64,000 nt of DNA from Raja brachyura (lineage: Eukaryota), in the NCBI GenBank assembly GCA_963514005.1, contig OY740792.1, positions 67,394,001 through 67,458,000 of the forward strand, written 5' to 3'. The notes below the pieces were generated by a model that was not told the origin of the DNA, ran no database searches, and saw only the letters and a list, made by a program, of their open reading frames with translations. Every line of letters begins with the position of its first letter. Position 1 is the first letter of the stretch. The translations under genes and the position numbers were made by a program. Of this stretch, positions 50,747 to 63,878 are shown piece after piece.

Positions 50747-52020
50747 TATCCATAGCCCATTATGCAGTGTTAGTTTAGTTTAGTGATACAGCATTGAAAC
50801 AGGTCCTTCCGCTCTTTGAGTCCACACTGACCATCAATCTCCCATTTACACTGATCAAATCCAACTTTATTCTCTCCCCATTGTTCTCAATTCCCCACAG
50901 ATTCTATTACTTCCTACACACTACAGGCAATTTACAGAAGCCAATTCGGAGCACCTGGAGGAAACCCACGCGGTCACAGGGAGAATGTGCAAACTCCACA
51001 CACACACACACACACACACAGTCAGCACCTGAGGTCGTGATTGAACCTGGGTCTCTGGCGCTGCGAGGGAGAAACTTTACCTACAGTGCCACTGCTGACT
51101 GGGCAATTTCACTTTGCTCACTCTTAAAAATGAATCAAATATATTTCCCAAATTGCCACGTCGAATATTTCTCTTTGAATAGACAGAGGTAGGTAGGTTA
51201 TATCCAGAATTGGAAACTCTTACATAAATTATAACATTAAAATGAATAGTACCGACACCTGTGGAATTCTGTCAAAATCCAACCAATATTAATTCAAATC
51301 AAAAGATATAACTCAAACACAGGAAATAATTGGAAATATATTTTTAATGAAATCAATTTTTGTAAAAATAGAAAAATTATTAACGCTTTTATTTTTCTTC
51401 AGCAATTTTAATGAATTAAAAAAAATAATCATAATTGGTAACTTAAAAAATAAAATGAATGAAATAAACCATACCAAACGATACACAATCTGGCTTCTCC
51501 TCACAAAGTTCTTTTTTTGATACCAATTCTGGCAGAAACATTGTCTCCTACCTAACAAACATCCAGTTACATTGTCATTCCCACTTATTGCATACAAACT
51601 CACGTAACATGAAGGCAGCCTAATTTCATCCAATTTGCAAATCATGCAATATTCACTTGTCTTAAATCAGTTCAGAATGAACATTTAGTTAAAATAATGT
51701 ATGTTAACTTAATCACAAACTTAAAAGCTCAATAAAACTATTAATGTGGCTTTCATGTAATGCAGTGCGGTAGAACTATAGGCTGTGACTCCAACACCCA
51801 ATGGAGACCCAAATTTATTGCTGTAAATGAATCATTATTCAATCCAACGGAAGCATGCAGGGGACAGGTGCCTCTGAATGTTAGAGTGTACCCATCATCA
51901 TTTCACCTAGGGCGTCTTCACACCTTTCCACTGCATTCTTGGACAGTATAAAGATTCATTGATACTATATCCCATTAATAGCTGGCAGAAAGTGATGTGA
52001 CCAGCTAATTCCACACAGGT

Positions 52021-52900
52021 TGTTATCCCTGATCAACTGGACTCAGACAACTTGCGTTCGTTTCCCAAACACCCTTTATTTACGTGCGCACGAGAAGAGA
52101 AACACAGTCCCAGTTACCGTACTACTCTGAAATTCTGCTTGGAAGTGTCGACTTTTATACACATTCTGACCAATTGAAATCTTGCGCACTCTCCAAATTC
52201 TTATCACCAATCACAATACGTTCATAAAAGCACTAATATCAAATTAAAAACTGCACGCATTTGCATTTAATGTAAGATAACTCTCTTGGACCTTGTGCTG
52301 TATGGTTAGAGCCAGTTGCATGTCAAAAGAACAACTCTCCAGGACCTGTGCTGTACAGTTATCACAGCCTGTGCATCATAGGCTAATGCTCAAGGATCGT
52401 TAGCTGTACACCTGTAGCTGGTTGCACGCTCCCTTAATCTTTCTCATACGGCAGTTTCCACAAGGTCAAGATTGAAATATTCATAAAACATTCATGAAAT
52501 ATCAGAATATTGAAGAAAATCAACAGCACAGAACATGTATCTAAACCAGTTACATAGGAGTTCTAGTTTTCCATTAAAATTCATGACGTTGCTATTAACA
52601 AAACATTAAAATCCAGCGCTAATGATTAATGTTTCTAAAGTCCACTATTTAACTAAGATACACCCAAGAACTAAAACATATTCAAATTTCAAAACTGTAG
52701 CTGGATGTACGTTACCCTAACCTTTGTCATTCTGCAGTTCCCACAAGGTCAAGGTTGAAAGCCCCAGATTCCAGGCTCCAACAAATTAACATCCTTATGT
52801 TGACTGCACCATCGTCAACAACCAACACTCAACTGTTGGATCTGTCCCGACCTTGATCAAGAGTGCATTACGTCTAAAGTTTAATTTATAACACTTCAAC
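52021..52900 (-). mobile_element. Possible solo LTR
   Basis: tgttat...ataaca termini; TATAAAA (52153-52159) lies upstream of AATAAA (52075-52080) on the minus strand; no TSD found. Confidence 0.3.
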
Positions 52901-55900
52901 AGCCAAGACCATGTTTCCAAACCAGTTGCTTATACGGTTATAATAAAAAGAAACTGCAGCTGCTGGTTTATACCAAAGGTAAGACACACAATGCTCGAGT
53001 AGCTCAGCAGGTCAAGCAATTCTCTGTGGAAAATGGATAGGTGACACTTCAGGTAGGGACCCTTCTTTAGAGCCTGTCTGATGAAGTGCCCCAACCCGAA
53101 ATGCAGCTATCCATTTTCTAGAGAATTTGCCTGACCTGCTAAGTTACTCCACCATTGTGTTTAACTCTACTTATACGATTGCTAGTTTTTCATTAACATA
53201 CTGCAGTTCGCAAAAAACATTAAATGCTGATGCTAATGATTAATATGTTTCAAAAGTCCACTATTTCACTGAGATAAACTTACTCAAAGTCCTCTCTTCA
53301 AACAATATTCAAGAACATCCAACTCATCTCCCTTTCTAGTCTGATTTATGAGATTGTGTGAATTCTAAATCCTTTAATCCCAAGCATTGACCTTGATTAC
53401 ATATGCTTATGCATCCATGTACCTGTATAATACAAGTTAAGGCTTTTCCCAATCTGTTGAATTCTGCAGCATCATATCTCACTCATTTCTGGAGTGAATG
53501 TACAACCAACGTTCTCAACACAGCCTCTTCTGTCATGTACGAGCCAGAATCCTTGGAATCAGGTCATTCAGCCCAACTTGCCTATGCCAACCAAGCATGC
53601 CCCAATTTCCTGCCTGTGTTTAGCCCAAATCCCTCCAAAACTTTCCTATCATAAGTTGTCCGAGCAGAATTAAGGCATTTGGCCCATTGAGTCCTCTGTC
53701 ATTCAACATGGCTGATCTATCTTTCCCTCTCAACCCCATTTTCCTGCCTTCTCCTCATAACCTTACAAATTGAGAACCTGTCAGTTTTCAATTCAGAAAT
53801 ACCTAAAGACTTGGGCTCTACTTGGTCTGTGAAATGAATCCCAGATTCACCTCCCTCTGAATGTACATACTTTTATATCCTCATCTCCTTTCTGAAGGTA
53901 GTACTTTTATTGTATCCATGTATCTGTCCAGATGTATTATAAATGTTGTTATTGAACCTGCCTTAAAGACCTCTGCTGGCAGCTCGTTCCATATACCTAC
54001 CACCATCTGTGTGAAAAAGTTGCCCCTCGGGTACCCATTAAATCTTTCCCCTCTCGCCTTAAAGCTATGCTCTCTGATTAACTCTGGGAAAGACTGTGCA
54101 TTAAAATTATATATGATTAAACATTTCAATGAGCACAATGAATATACTGCAATGAACACTGCAGATACTGGAAATCCAAAACAAAAGCAGGAAATATGAT
54201 CATTGGGAAGAGAAACAGTGTGGACACCTGTCAAGGTTTCAGAACGAGAAAAATAAGAAAATAAACATTTTAAAAATAGTTGGCTTCCAGCGGGTAGAGC
54301 TGCTGCTTCACAGCGCCAGAGACCCGGGTTCGATCCTGACCTCAGGTGTTGTCTGTGTGTGGAGTTTGCAATTGTGTTTGCTCCGGGTGCTCTGGTTTAC
54401 TGCCACATTCCAAAGATGAGTGGGTTTGTAGGTTAATTGGGTGTAAAGATACCCCAAGTATGTAGGGAGTGAACAAGAAAGTGAACTAGTGTGAACGGGT
54501 GATCGATGATCGGCATCGAGAGAATGTCTGTGATAGATTGGAGACCAAACTTGCCTACATAAAAACCAGGAGTTATATTTTTAAGTTTCAAAGAGAGAGC
54601 ATGGAACAGGCCCTTCGGCCCACCGAGTCCATGACGACCGTCGATCACCTGTACATTAGTTCTATGTTATCTCACTTTTGCATCCTAAATGGGCCGATTA
54701 ACCTACAAACCTGCATGTCTTTGGGATGTGGGAGGAATTTGGATCACCCAAAGGAAAAACACATGGTCACAGGGAGAATGTGCAAACTCCACACAGTCAG
54801 GATTAAACTCGGGTCTCTGGCACTGTAAGCAGCTGCTCTGACACTACATCACTGTGAGGCGGAGGTTCAAGTAGAGGAGGAAGTAGATCTCATTTAAGGT
54901 CCATGTCCGAGTGAGGCACGGAGCTGCAGGAGAGGGCAAGCGAGAGACGACTGGTGCCAGCGCATGGCGTAGAGTGTAGAACTCGGAGCATGGATGGGGT
55001 GTGTAGCAAGTTGTGGTGAGTAGGGTCCAGGTACCTTGGACCCAGGACGGCCCAGAAACCTAAAGGCCTCGAATTGGAACTGGAAGCCATGTGGAACAAC
55101 TGAGCAGTGAAGGCAAGTGCTGAGGAAACACACGTGGCTATGTTATCGACGGCAGGAGGAACTGACTGAGTGGGAGCAGTGAGAGAGAGAGAGAGAGAGT
55201 GGCTGAACTTTAAACAATAACATTTAGTTGAGTTTAGAGATGCAGCACAGAAACACGCCTTACGGCCCACTATTCGGCGCTGACTAGTGATCCCCGTACA
55301 CTAACACTATCCTATACAAGAGGGACAATTTACAATTCTACCAAAGCCAATTAGTCTACAAACCCGTACGTCTATGAGTGTGGGAGGAAATTGGAGCTCC
55401 CAGAGAAAACCCACACAGGGCACGGGGAGAAAGTACAGACTCCGTGTAGCCAGCATCCATAATCAGGATCGGGCCTGGGTCTCTGGCGTTGTAAGGCAGC
55501 AACTCTACCGTTGTGCCACCGTGCCACCCATTTCTTTATTAAATTTGGCGGTCAGGCCCTTAAACATCTTACAGGACGATGATCCACAATAGACACCAAC
55601 AGCAGGAACAACATCTCGCACACAGCATCTTTTGGATTACAAATAAGCACTATCGTGTCTTAATCCCATCACAAAGCAGAGAACAGATTCAAAGTAGACA
55701 TACAGTACATGGCAGCTGAGAATCCCGAGTAGTCGCATGAATGCACAGGGATATCTCCACAACGGTCCACATTTGATTATTCTTTGCCCCACAGTGCTTT
55801 AATTTGTGGACAAAATGGTGTCATTATTCTACACGTTCCTTAATGTCGGTATCATAAGCTGTTTAAGGACCTGATCCTAAAAGCTGTTTCTCAGCACACA

Positions 55901-56150
55901 TGGTCAACCGATCAAGATCTTCAGATTGATTGTGTGTTGGGGGGGGGGAGAGGGAGGGAGGAGAAACCTGGAAGAGAGTAGTGGGCAGGATAAAGCCTGG
56001 CAAGTGATAGGTGGATACAGGGAAGAGGTGGGGCGGGGATTTGGGTTTGATTGGCAGACAGGTGAGCAAAAGCCGGAGATGAAAATACAAAATATCACTA
56101 GTTTCCTTGTGTGACAAAAACACGTTGTTTGGAGCAATGCATCTTTTGAT

Positions 56151-56203
56151 TTATAAATCTGAAGTTTTTTTTCCATCATCCACCCGGATTAAGTGATGTC
56201 CAT
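56151..56203 (-). CDS. Gene 2 candidate terminal exon (NGHHLIRVDDGKKTSDL*), no TM
   Basis: Strong acceptor attttctttattttcag; phase 1 compatible with the C exon; lies in a non-repeat island. Confidence 0.5.
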
Positions 56204-56711
56204 CTGAAAATAAAGAAAATGGACAAAAATAAATCAACATTTTCCCTGCTAATGCTGTTCAGACACAGGTTAGCACTGTAAACAATAACAACATTACAGT
56301 AAACCCTCTTTATAAAGGACCATGTGGGGGAGTATGGTATCTGTTATTACCAATTGTTCGCTATAACTGAGTAAGGGATTATCATTGCATAAGTGCTGGA
56401 GTAACTCAGCGGGTCAGGCAGCAGCAGCTCTGGAGAACATGGACAGGTGCTGTTTCGGGTCGGGACCCTTCTTCAGACTCTCGGTCGGGAACTGGGCCTG
56501 GAATCCAGGTGGATGCTGGCAGCCGCCAGAGAGGTGAGGATGGGCAAGGTCTATGGTCTCGGCCCATGGACAGCCGGATTGCATGTAAAGGCCGTCGGTG
56601 GTGTGGCTTTTTACTGTATCTCGGTACACATGATAATAATAAACCTAAGCACTGAATTTTGAACTGTGCACCTCCTCGATTATCTGTGATCCAAACAACT
56701 ACATAATCAGA

Positions 56712-59700
56712 TGATTCTTCAGTAAGTCTCTACTTTTAAGTTTCTGGAAACCCGAATATAAAACTTAAATTTTTGCAACTTTGAATGTTGTTTCGCATAG
56801 GTGAACATCTCCACTATGGGAAAAATATGTTTGGCTCAATCTTTTAGAGAATTTAATATATGTTTTCATCTTTTTTTTCCAGGTTACCCTTTGCATTCAG
56901 TCACAACCGTCATATTTTTATGAGGAACACGGCAAAATATAACTGATTTAAGAATATAAAATAACAATTTTGTCGCAGTCTTTCAAATTATAGAGTATCT
57001 TCCTCAGATAAACCACCAAAAAAAAACTTTTTCAGTCTAACGCATTGATTTTAAAGGTACGTATGCAACAAGAAACTGAGTTTTCACGCTTCTCATCCCG
57101 CGAATCAGGAGAAATTCACAAGGTAGGGCACTTTTGAATTCCATGGTCTTTTGAGGTCGGAAGTTCGCGTCTATTCTATTTATAGCCATGTTGGACGGCT
57201 CAACAAAGCGGCGTGATGGTAATGACTCCTATCATCGGGACACGCACGTTTTGAAACAATATGGTAAGATTTATAATTTTATAAAGGGGAAATTGTAAGA
57301 GTACAGAATCTTTATGTCCCTGTTCGGTTGAAAGGAAATAGTAAAAATCGGAAAGAGCCATGGTTTTCAAGGTAAATTGGACACTTGGTTCAAAAAAAGA
57401 GATATCTACAATAATTATAGGAGGCATGAGTAAATGAGGTGCTGGATGAGTATAAAGAATGCAAAAAGAATCTTAAGAAAGAAATAAGAAAAGCTAAAAG
57501 ATATGAGGTTGCTTTGGCAAGAAAGGTGAAAGTAAATCCAAAGGGTTTCTACAGCTATATTAATAGCAAAAAGATAACGAGGGATAAAATTGGACCATTA
57601 GAGAGCCAGAATGGACAGCTATCTGCAGAGCCAAAAGAGATCGGGGAGATATTGAACAATTTCTTTTCTTCGGTATTCACCAAGGAGAAGGATATTGAAC
57701 TCTGTGAGGTAAGGGAAAAAAGTAGAGTAGCTATGGAAACTATGAGACTCAAAGAGGAGGAAGTACTGACACTTTTGAAAAGTATAAAAGTGGATAAGTC
57801 TCCAGGTCCTGACAGGATATTCCCTAGGATATTGAGGGAAGTTAGTGTAGAAATAGCAGGGGCTATGACAGAAATATTTCAAACGTCATTAGAAACGGGA
57901 ATAGTGCCGGAGGATTGGCGGACTGCGTATGTTGTTCCATTGTTTGAAAAGGGTTCAAAGAATAAATCTAGCAATTACAGACCTGTTAGTTTGACGTCAG
58001 TGGTGGGCAAATTAATGGAAAGGATACTTGGAGATAATATATATAAGCATCTGGATAAACAGGGTCTGATCAAGAACAGTCAACATGGATTAATGCCTGG
58101 AAGGTCATGTTTGACAAACCTTCTTGCATTTTTTTAAGAGGTTACTAGGGAAATTGATGGGGGTAAAGCAGTGGATGTTGTCTATATGGATTTCAGTAAG
58201 GCCTTTTCCCCATGGAAGGTTGGTTAAGAAGGTTCAATCTTTGGGTGTTAATGGCGGAGTAGCAAGATGGATTCAACAGTGGCTGAATGGGAGATGCCAG
58301 AGAATCATGGTGGATGGCTGTTTGTCAGGTTGGAAGCCGGTGACCAGAGGGATGCCTCAGGGATCGGTGTTGGGTCCACTGTTGTTAGTCATGTACATCA
58401 ATGATCTAGATGATGGGGTGGAAAATTGGCTAAGTAAGTATGCAGATGATACTAAGATAGGGGGTGCTGTGGATAATTAAGTCGATTTTCAAAGTCCACA
58501 GAGAGATTTGGGCCATTTGGAAGAGTGGGCTGAAAGATGGCAGATGGAGTTTAATGCTGATAAGTGTGAGGTGCTACATCTTGGCAGGACAAATCAAAAT
58601 AGGACGTACATGGTAAATGGTAGGAAATTGAGGAATGCTGTGGAACAGAGGGATCTAGGAATAACTGTGCATAGTTCCCTGAAGGTGGAATCGCATGAAG
58701 ATAGGGTGGTAAAGAAAGCTTTTGGTGTGCTGGCCTTTATAAATCAGAGCATTGAATATAGGAGTAGGGAAGTAATGTTAAAATTGTACAAGGCACAGGT
58801 GAGACCAATTTTGGAGTATGGTGTACAATTTGGTCGCCTAATTATAGGAAGGATGTCAACAAAATAGAGAGAGTACAGAGGAGATTTACTAGAATGTTGC
58901 CTGGGTTCCAGCAACTAAGTTACAGAGAAATGTTGAACAAGTTAGGTCTTTATTCTTTGGAGCGCAGAAGGTTAAGGGGGGACTTGATTGAGGTCTTTAA
59001 AATGATGAAAGGGATAGACAGAGTTGACATGGATAAGCTTTTCCCATTGAGGGTAGGGAAGATTCAAACAAGAGGATATGACATGAGAATTAAGGGACAG
59101 AAGTTTAGGGGTAACATGAGATTCATCTTGAATCTTCCCTACCCTCAATGGGAAAAGCTTATCCACGTCAACTCTGTCTATCCCTTTCACCTTCCATGGG
59201 GAAAAGGCCTTACTGAAATCCATATAGACAACATCCACTGACAAACCTGAGTGGTGGCAGTGTGGAATGATCTTCCAGCAGAAGTGGTGGAGGCAGGATC
59301 GATTTTAACATTTAAAAGTAAAGTGGATAGGTATATGGACGAGAAGGGAATGGAGGGGTATGGTCTGAGTGCAGGTAGATGGGACATGGGGAAAATAAAT
59401 GTTCGGCATGGACTGGAAGGGCCGGGAAGGCCTGTTTCCGTGCTGTAATTGTTATATGGTTATAAGAATAGAGGATTTTTTTTAGGGTGATAAATAGTTT
59501 AATTATTAATGCCTACCGTTTAAAAGTATTTTCATTTACGATATATCCCCCCCCATTAAAGTAATATGCCGACTTGTAATTTCACTAGTAACCGTCGGGA
59601 TATGTGGTTTTCGGGGGGGGGGGGGGGGGGGAAGGGAATCGAATATCGGGTAAATTTTTTTTTTAAACCACTTTATTCATTTAATCTTTATTTATGAGGA

Positions 59701-59811
59701 TGATGTTTATTAACAATATACAGGAAGGAGAAATGGGATAGAAATATGAATTTTCCTTATATTCAGCATCAAAATAGCAGGACAGCATGGTAGACACTTA
59801 CTGAAGAATCA
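56712..59811. mobile_element. Non-autonomous DNA transposon (22-bp TIRs) interrupted by a CR1
   Basis: tgattcttcagtaagtctctac at 56712 versus gtagacacttactgaagaatca ending at 59811 (1 mismatch). Confidence 0.6.
57283..59462 (+). mobile_element. CR1 LINE, 5'-truncated, frameshifted, with a complex rearrangement at 59121-59248
   Basis: ORFs 57439..58137, 58124..58480, 58508..58867 and 58894..59241. Confidence 0.93.
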
Positions 59812-60629
59812 CCCAATTGTTTTATCTGAAAATTCTGAGCTATGGAGGCTACTTAATAAGTGCAATCCAGAAAATAGTCATCAGTCATTCCACACTGCTA
59901 ACAATTTCAAAGTTTCTCATGACCAACAATCAGAAACATTGTGCCAAACTTAGTTGATCCATCCGTACAGTATACGTTTTACTTTACCATACTTGAGAGA
60001 CACTGTGTTGAAACAGGCCCTTCGGCCCATCGGGACCGCACTGACCAGCGATCACCCCGTACGCTAGCTAGGACTATCCTACACACTGCACATGGCGGAG
60101 TATTCGGCTAGCCACGCGGTGGGAGAATCCCGGCAAGCCTCGGCAAAGCCCACCAGCAGGCCTAGCTGGCTTGCCGTGGACTGAGGACCCGCTCTGCAGA
60201 CCGGAACCCGCCTGTAAGGCCTGGCTCACCCACCCAGAGTGAAGTGAGTTGGACAGAGGGCCAGTAAACAGACCGGCTGCAGTAGGCAGTGCACTGCCTT
60301 GATGGGGGAGTGGGCCGCTGGAGGCCCTGCAACAGCCTGGGCCTCGACTGGACCGGGCATCACTCCAAGAGGCCGAGCACGTGGACCGGGCGCTGTCTAG
60401 AGTGGTGGAGGACATCATGGTGACACATGGCCAGGCCGAACCTGCAATGCCACCAGGCCAACAGGCCTTCATGGTCAGATCAAGAACCCTGCATTTACAA
60501 TTGTCACTCGAAAATGGTGACTGTATACTCACTCTGTGTATCGCTGCAAGACACTTGTATCTGTGATATCTCTACTGAGCTTATTTAAATTAACTTTTAC
60601 TTGATTAATAATCTCAGAGATAAACTTAC

Positions 60630-60893
60630 TCGAGAAGACCGCTCGAGTCTGTTTTCTCATCCACTTATGCCACATTGCGCAGATGTACTGATTCTGTTGC
60701 TCATATTCTTTCAGATGGTGGGTCACGTTGAAATAGCCATTGCTTTCTCTCATGATCATTTCACTGTACTTGTTTAAATCGTTCCCCGATTTGTCCTTCC
60801 ACTCCACTGTTGGGGCAGGATACCACCCTGACGACTGGCAAGAGAGCATGCCCTTTTCGGAATTCCAGGATACTTTGATAAGATCGGTAGCAG
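60630..60893 (-). CDS. Gene 2 constant-type Ig exon, B7/butyrophilin-like (LSCQSSGWYPAPTVEWKD...YICAMWH)
   Basis: CxSxGWYPxPxVxWxD signature; acceptor ttcttttcttggcag, donor CGA|gtaagt; 264 nt, phase 1-1. Confidence 0.9.
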
Positions 60894-61951
60894 CTGCCAA
60901 GAAAAGAAACATAAATAGCAACCGTTAATGGCGACATGGTGGCGCAGCGGTAGAGTTGCTGCCTTACAGCGCCACAGACCTGGCTTCCATCCTGACTATG
61001 GGTGCTGTCTGTACGGAGTTTGTCCGTTTTCCCCGTGACCGTGTGGGTTTTCTCCAGGTGCTCCAGTGTCCTCCCACACTCCAAAGACGTGCAGGACAAT
61101 TGAGATTTTTTACCGATGCCAATTAACCTACCGACCTTGGATAGATATAAAATGCTGGAGTAACTCAGGCAGCATCTCTGTAGAAGGAATGGGTGACGTT
61201 TCGGGTTAAGACCTTTCTTCAGACCTGTATGCCTTTTGTGTGGGAGGAAGCTGGTGTTCCCAGGGAATACCCACGTGGTCTCGGGGAGAATGTACATACA
61301 CCATACAGAGTGTACCCATAGTAAGGATCGAACTCTGGTCTCTGGTGCAATAAGACAGCAACTCTACCGCTGCGCCACCGTGCTGCCATTAATAGTTGTA
61401 TAATTAGATACCCCAGTTCTTTGTAACTTTGTTGCCATGGACATTCTCAGCTACATTTCCTCCTGACAGAGGCATGAAGTTTATTTGAACTGGTGCAACT
61501 TCACAAGAGAATTTTGATGAAGGGAGATGATACCAGAATTTTCGGCATCTGGCTTGCTGTAAAAAAAGCTGTTAAGAATTAAAAAGAATCCCTAAAACTG
61601 AACAATGAAATAAATAAACTGAGGTACATTTGACCCTCACTGTAAACAGAACAAGAGAGAAGACAAGGAGGTTTCCAGTAGCGGGTGAGTCTAGGACTCG
61701 AGGGCACAGCATCAGAATAAAACAATGTTCCTTTAGAAAGGAGAAGAGGAGGAATTTCTACAGCCCGAGGGTGGTGAATCTGTGGAATTCATTGCCACAG
61801 ACAGCTGTGGATTCCAAGTCGTTGGGTATTTTTAAAATGGAGATTGACAGGTTCCTGATTAGTACGGGAGTCAGGGGTATGCGAAGAAGGCAGGAGATGA
61901 CCTGATGGGCCGAATGGCATAATTCTGCTCCTATCAAGTATGAAGACATAC

Positions 61952-62290
61952 CCCAAACAGATAGCTGGACAAATCCAGCTCCATATCCACCGTCAGTGCT
62001 AATATTGACAATGTACTTTCCCTCATCCCAGATTTCCACATTCTTCAATGTAAGGAATGCTTTTCCTTTTTTAAATAAGAATGTGTCGACTTCAATTCTT
62101 CCAGAGTAGTTGGCATGTTGTTTTCTGAAATCGCTTTTATCTTCCTTGTACTCATACAAGATTCCGGCATCTTGATCCTTCTCCCACCTCACCCTCGGTG
62201 CACATGGATCGTTGCACTCAAACGTACACTTGAAGGTGACATCCTTGCCGATCTCTACATCTGGGGCTGGTTCACAAGTGGTGAATGCAT
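61952..62290 (-). CDS. Gene 2 V-set exon, B7/butyrophilin-like (GKDVTFKC...VRWEK...YSGRIEV...GKAFLTLKNVEIWDEGKYIV)
   Basis: Acceptor ctttctgtcttttgttcag, donor GGG|gtatgt; 339 nt, phase 1-1; B7/BTN V signature; leader exon not found in the window. Confidence 0.9.
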
Positions 62291-62869
62291 CTGAACAAAA
62301 GACAGAAAGGGGTTTATTATTGTCACCTTCACTTGAGTTGAGTTTAGTTTATTGTCACGTGTACCGAGGTACAGTGAGAAGCTTTATGTTGGGTGCTAAC
62401 CAGTCAGCAGAAAGACAATACATGATTACAATCGAGCCGCCCAAAGTGTACAGATACACGATAAAGTCAACAAAGTCCAATCAAAGATAATCTGATGGTC
62501 TCGAATGAGGTAGATAGTAGTTCAGGAATGCTCTCTAGTTATTGGTGGGATGGGTCAGTTGCCTAATAACAGCTGGGAAGAAACTGTCCCTGAATCTAGT
62601 GGTGTGCGTTTTCACACTTCTGTACCTCTTGCCTGATGGGAGAGGGGAGAGGGAAGAAGAGGGAGTGGCCAGGGTGCAACTTGTCCTTAATTACGCTGCT
62701 GGTCTTGCCGAAGCGAGTCATAGGAATGGAGGTCCCAACCCGAAACGTCACCCATTCCATCTCTCCAGAGATGCTGCCAGATCCACTGCGTTACTCCAGC
62801 ATTTTGTGTCTATCAAAGGAATGGAGGTTGGTTTGTGTGATGGTCTGGGCTGTCCCTTTTCATAACTCC

Positions 62870-63878
62870 TAGCAATGTTACAAAATTTTGAGATTTCAAA
62901 AATCAAGTCTGCAATTTATCCCATCAGATAAAGCATAAAAAGAAGTTTAATTTGACACCTAATTCACTTTCATATCTTCAGTATTAAAAATGTTATGGCC
63001 ACTTTCATACTCAGAAATTAGCATCTTGTTCCCCATTGCCTTTCCATTGACTTAACACAAAAGCTGTGATCGAGGACAGTCAAAGGCCCATAACTTTCTT
63101 AAAATTTAAGAGAACTCAATGAAATTTTCAGTTATTGTAGATTGACGCATTCTGAAACAAATATGAAACAATATTACTTGGTTGACCTGAAATTAAAGTA
63201 TATAATTAGTTAGTTACCTAATTGTAGCTAATTACAAAATTCAATTACTAGATCTAAACATCTATCCATTTCTTAAGAAAAGATAAACTTTTTTATATTG
63301 CCTAAGTGTCCAAATAACATTCACACAATAATTCACAATATAACATGATTTTTAAATCTCATTTTCATGAATTTTACAGGCCAAATGGAAGGAATTTAGT
63401 GCTTAATTCCTGTAAATTAATGGCCATTTAAATCAACTAACGAGTGGGTTTTAGTGGAATGCGGTGGATTAGAATGTTGCGGTTTGCGGTGAGGTCGGTA
63501 GGAAAAACACGGCCGGTTCGTACATTTTTTTTGTCCCCTTTTCGCAACATGAAAATGTGATTAAAGCCTTCCTAAAAACCAAGTTTAAATGTAAAAATAA
63601 ACTGTGCACTTTATTTTCTCCCCTACGTAAAATCCTTCCTGTTGTTGGCGCTCACGGCTTTAGAAGATAATTTTTAAATTACACTAGTCAATAAATAATC
63701 TATCATAAATCAAATGTCGGAGCGATTTCTCTTCAGCAACGAAATCGCCCGACATGGATCGATTTGCCCTGTCTGTGGAAAAACGGCACTTTAAACACCC
63801 CTCCCCCTCAGAAAGGCACCAAAATCACGCCCACGGGGAGTGGCAGAACTGCTCAAGGTAAGTTTTGTAACATACCTA
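62870..63878. mobile_element. Non-autonomous DNA transposon, hAT-like (TAG...CTA ends), inserted into a Rex1-like fragment (about 62335-62869 and 63879-64000)
   Basis: TIRs tagcaatgttacaaaatt / aagttttgtaacataccta; imperfect TSD (t/c)aactcc. Confidence 0.65.

Noticed and set aside
51313-51645. Hydrophobic ORF stretch (LVWFISFILFFKLPIMIIFF) as TM exon of gene 2
   Set aside because: Arises from very AT-rich low-complexity DNA; no convincing flanking splice sites identified; not fully excluded
59802-59825. 24-nt micro-exon candidate for gene 2 (ttttcag...TCA|gtaagt)
   Set aside because: Contains an in-frame TGA, and its donor is part of the TIR of the DNA transposon at 56712-59811
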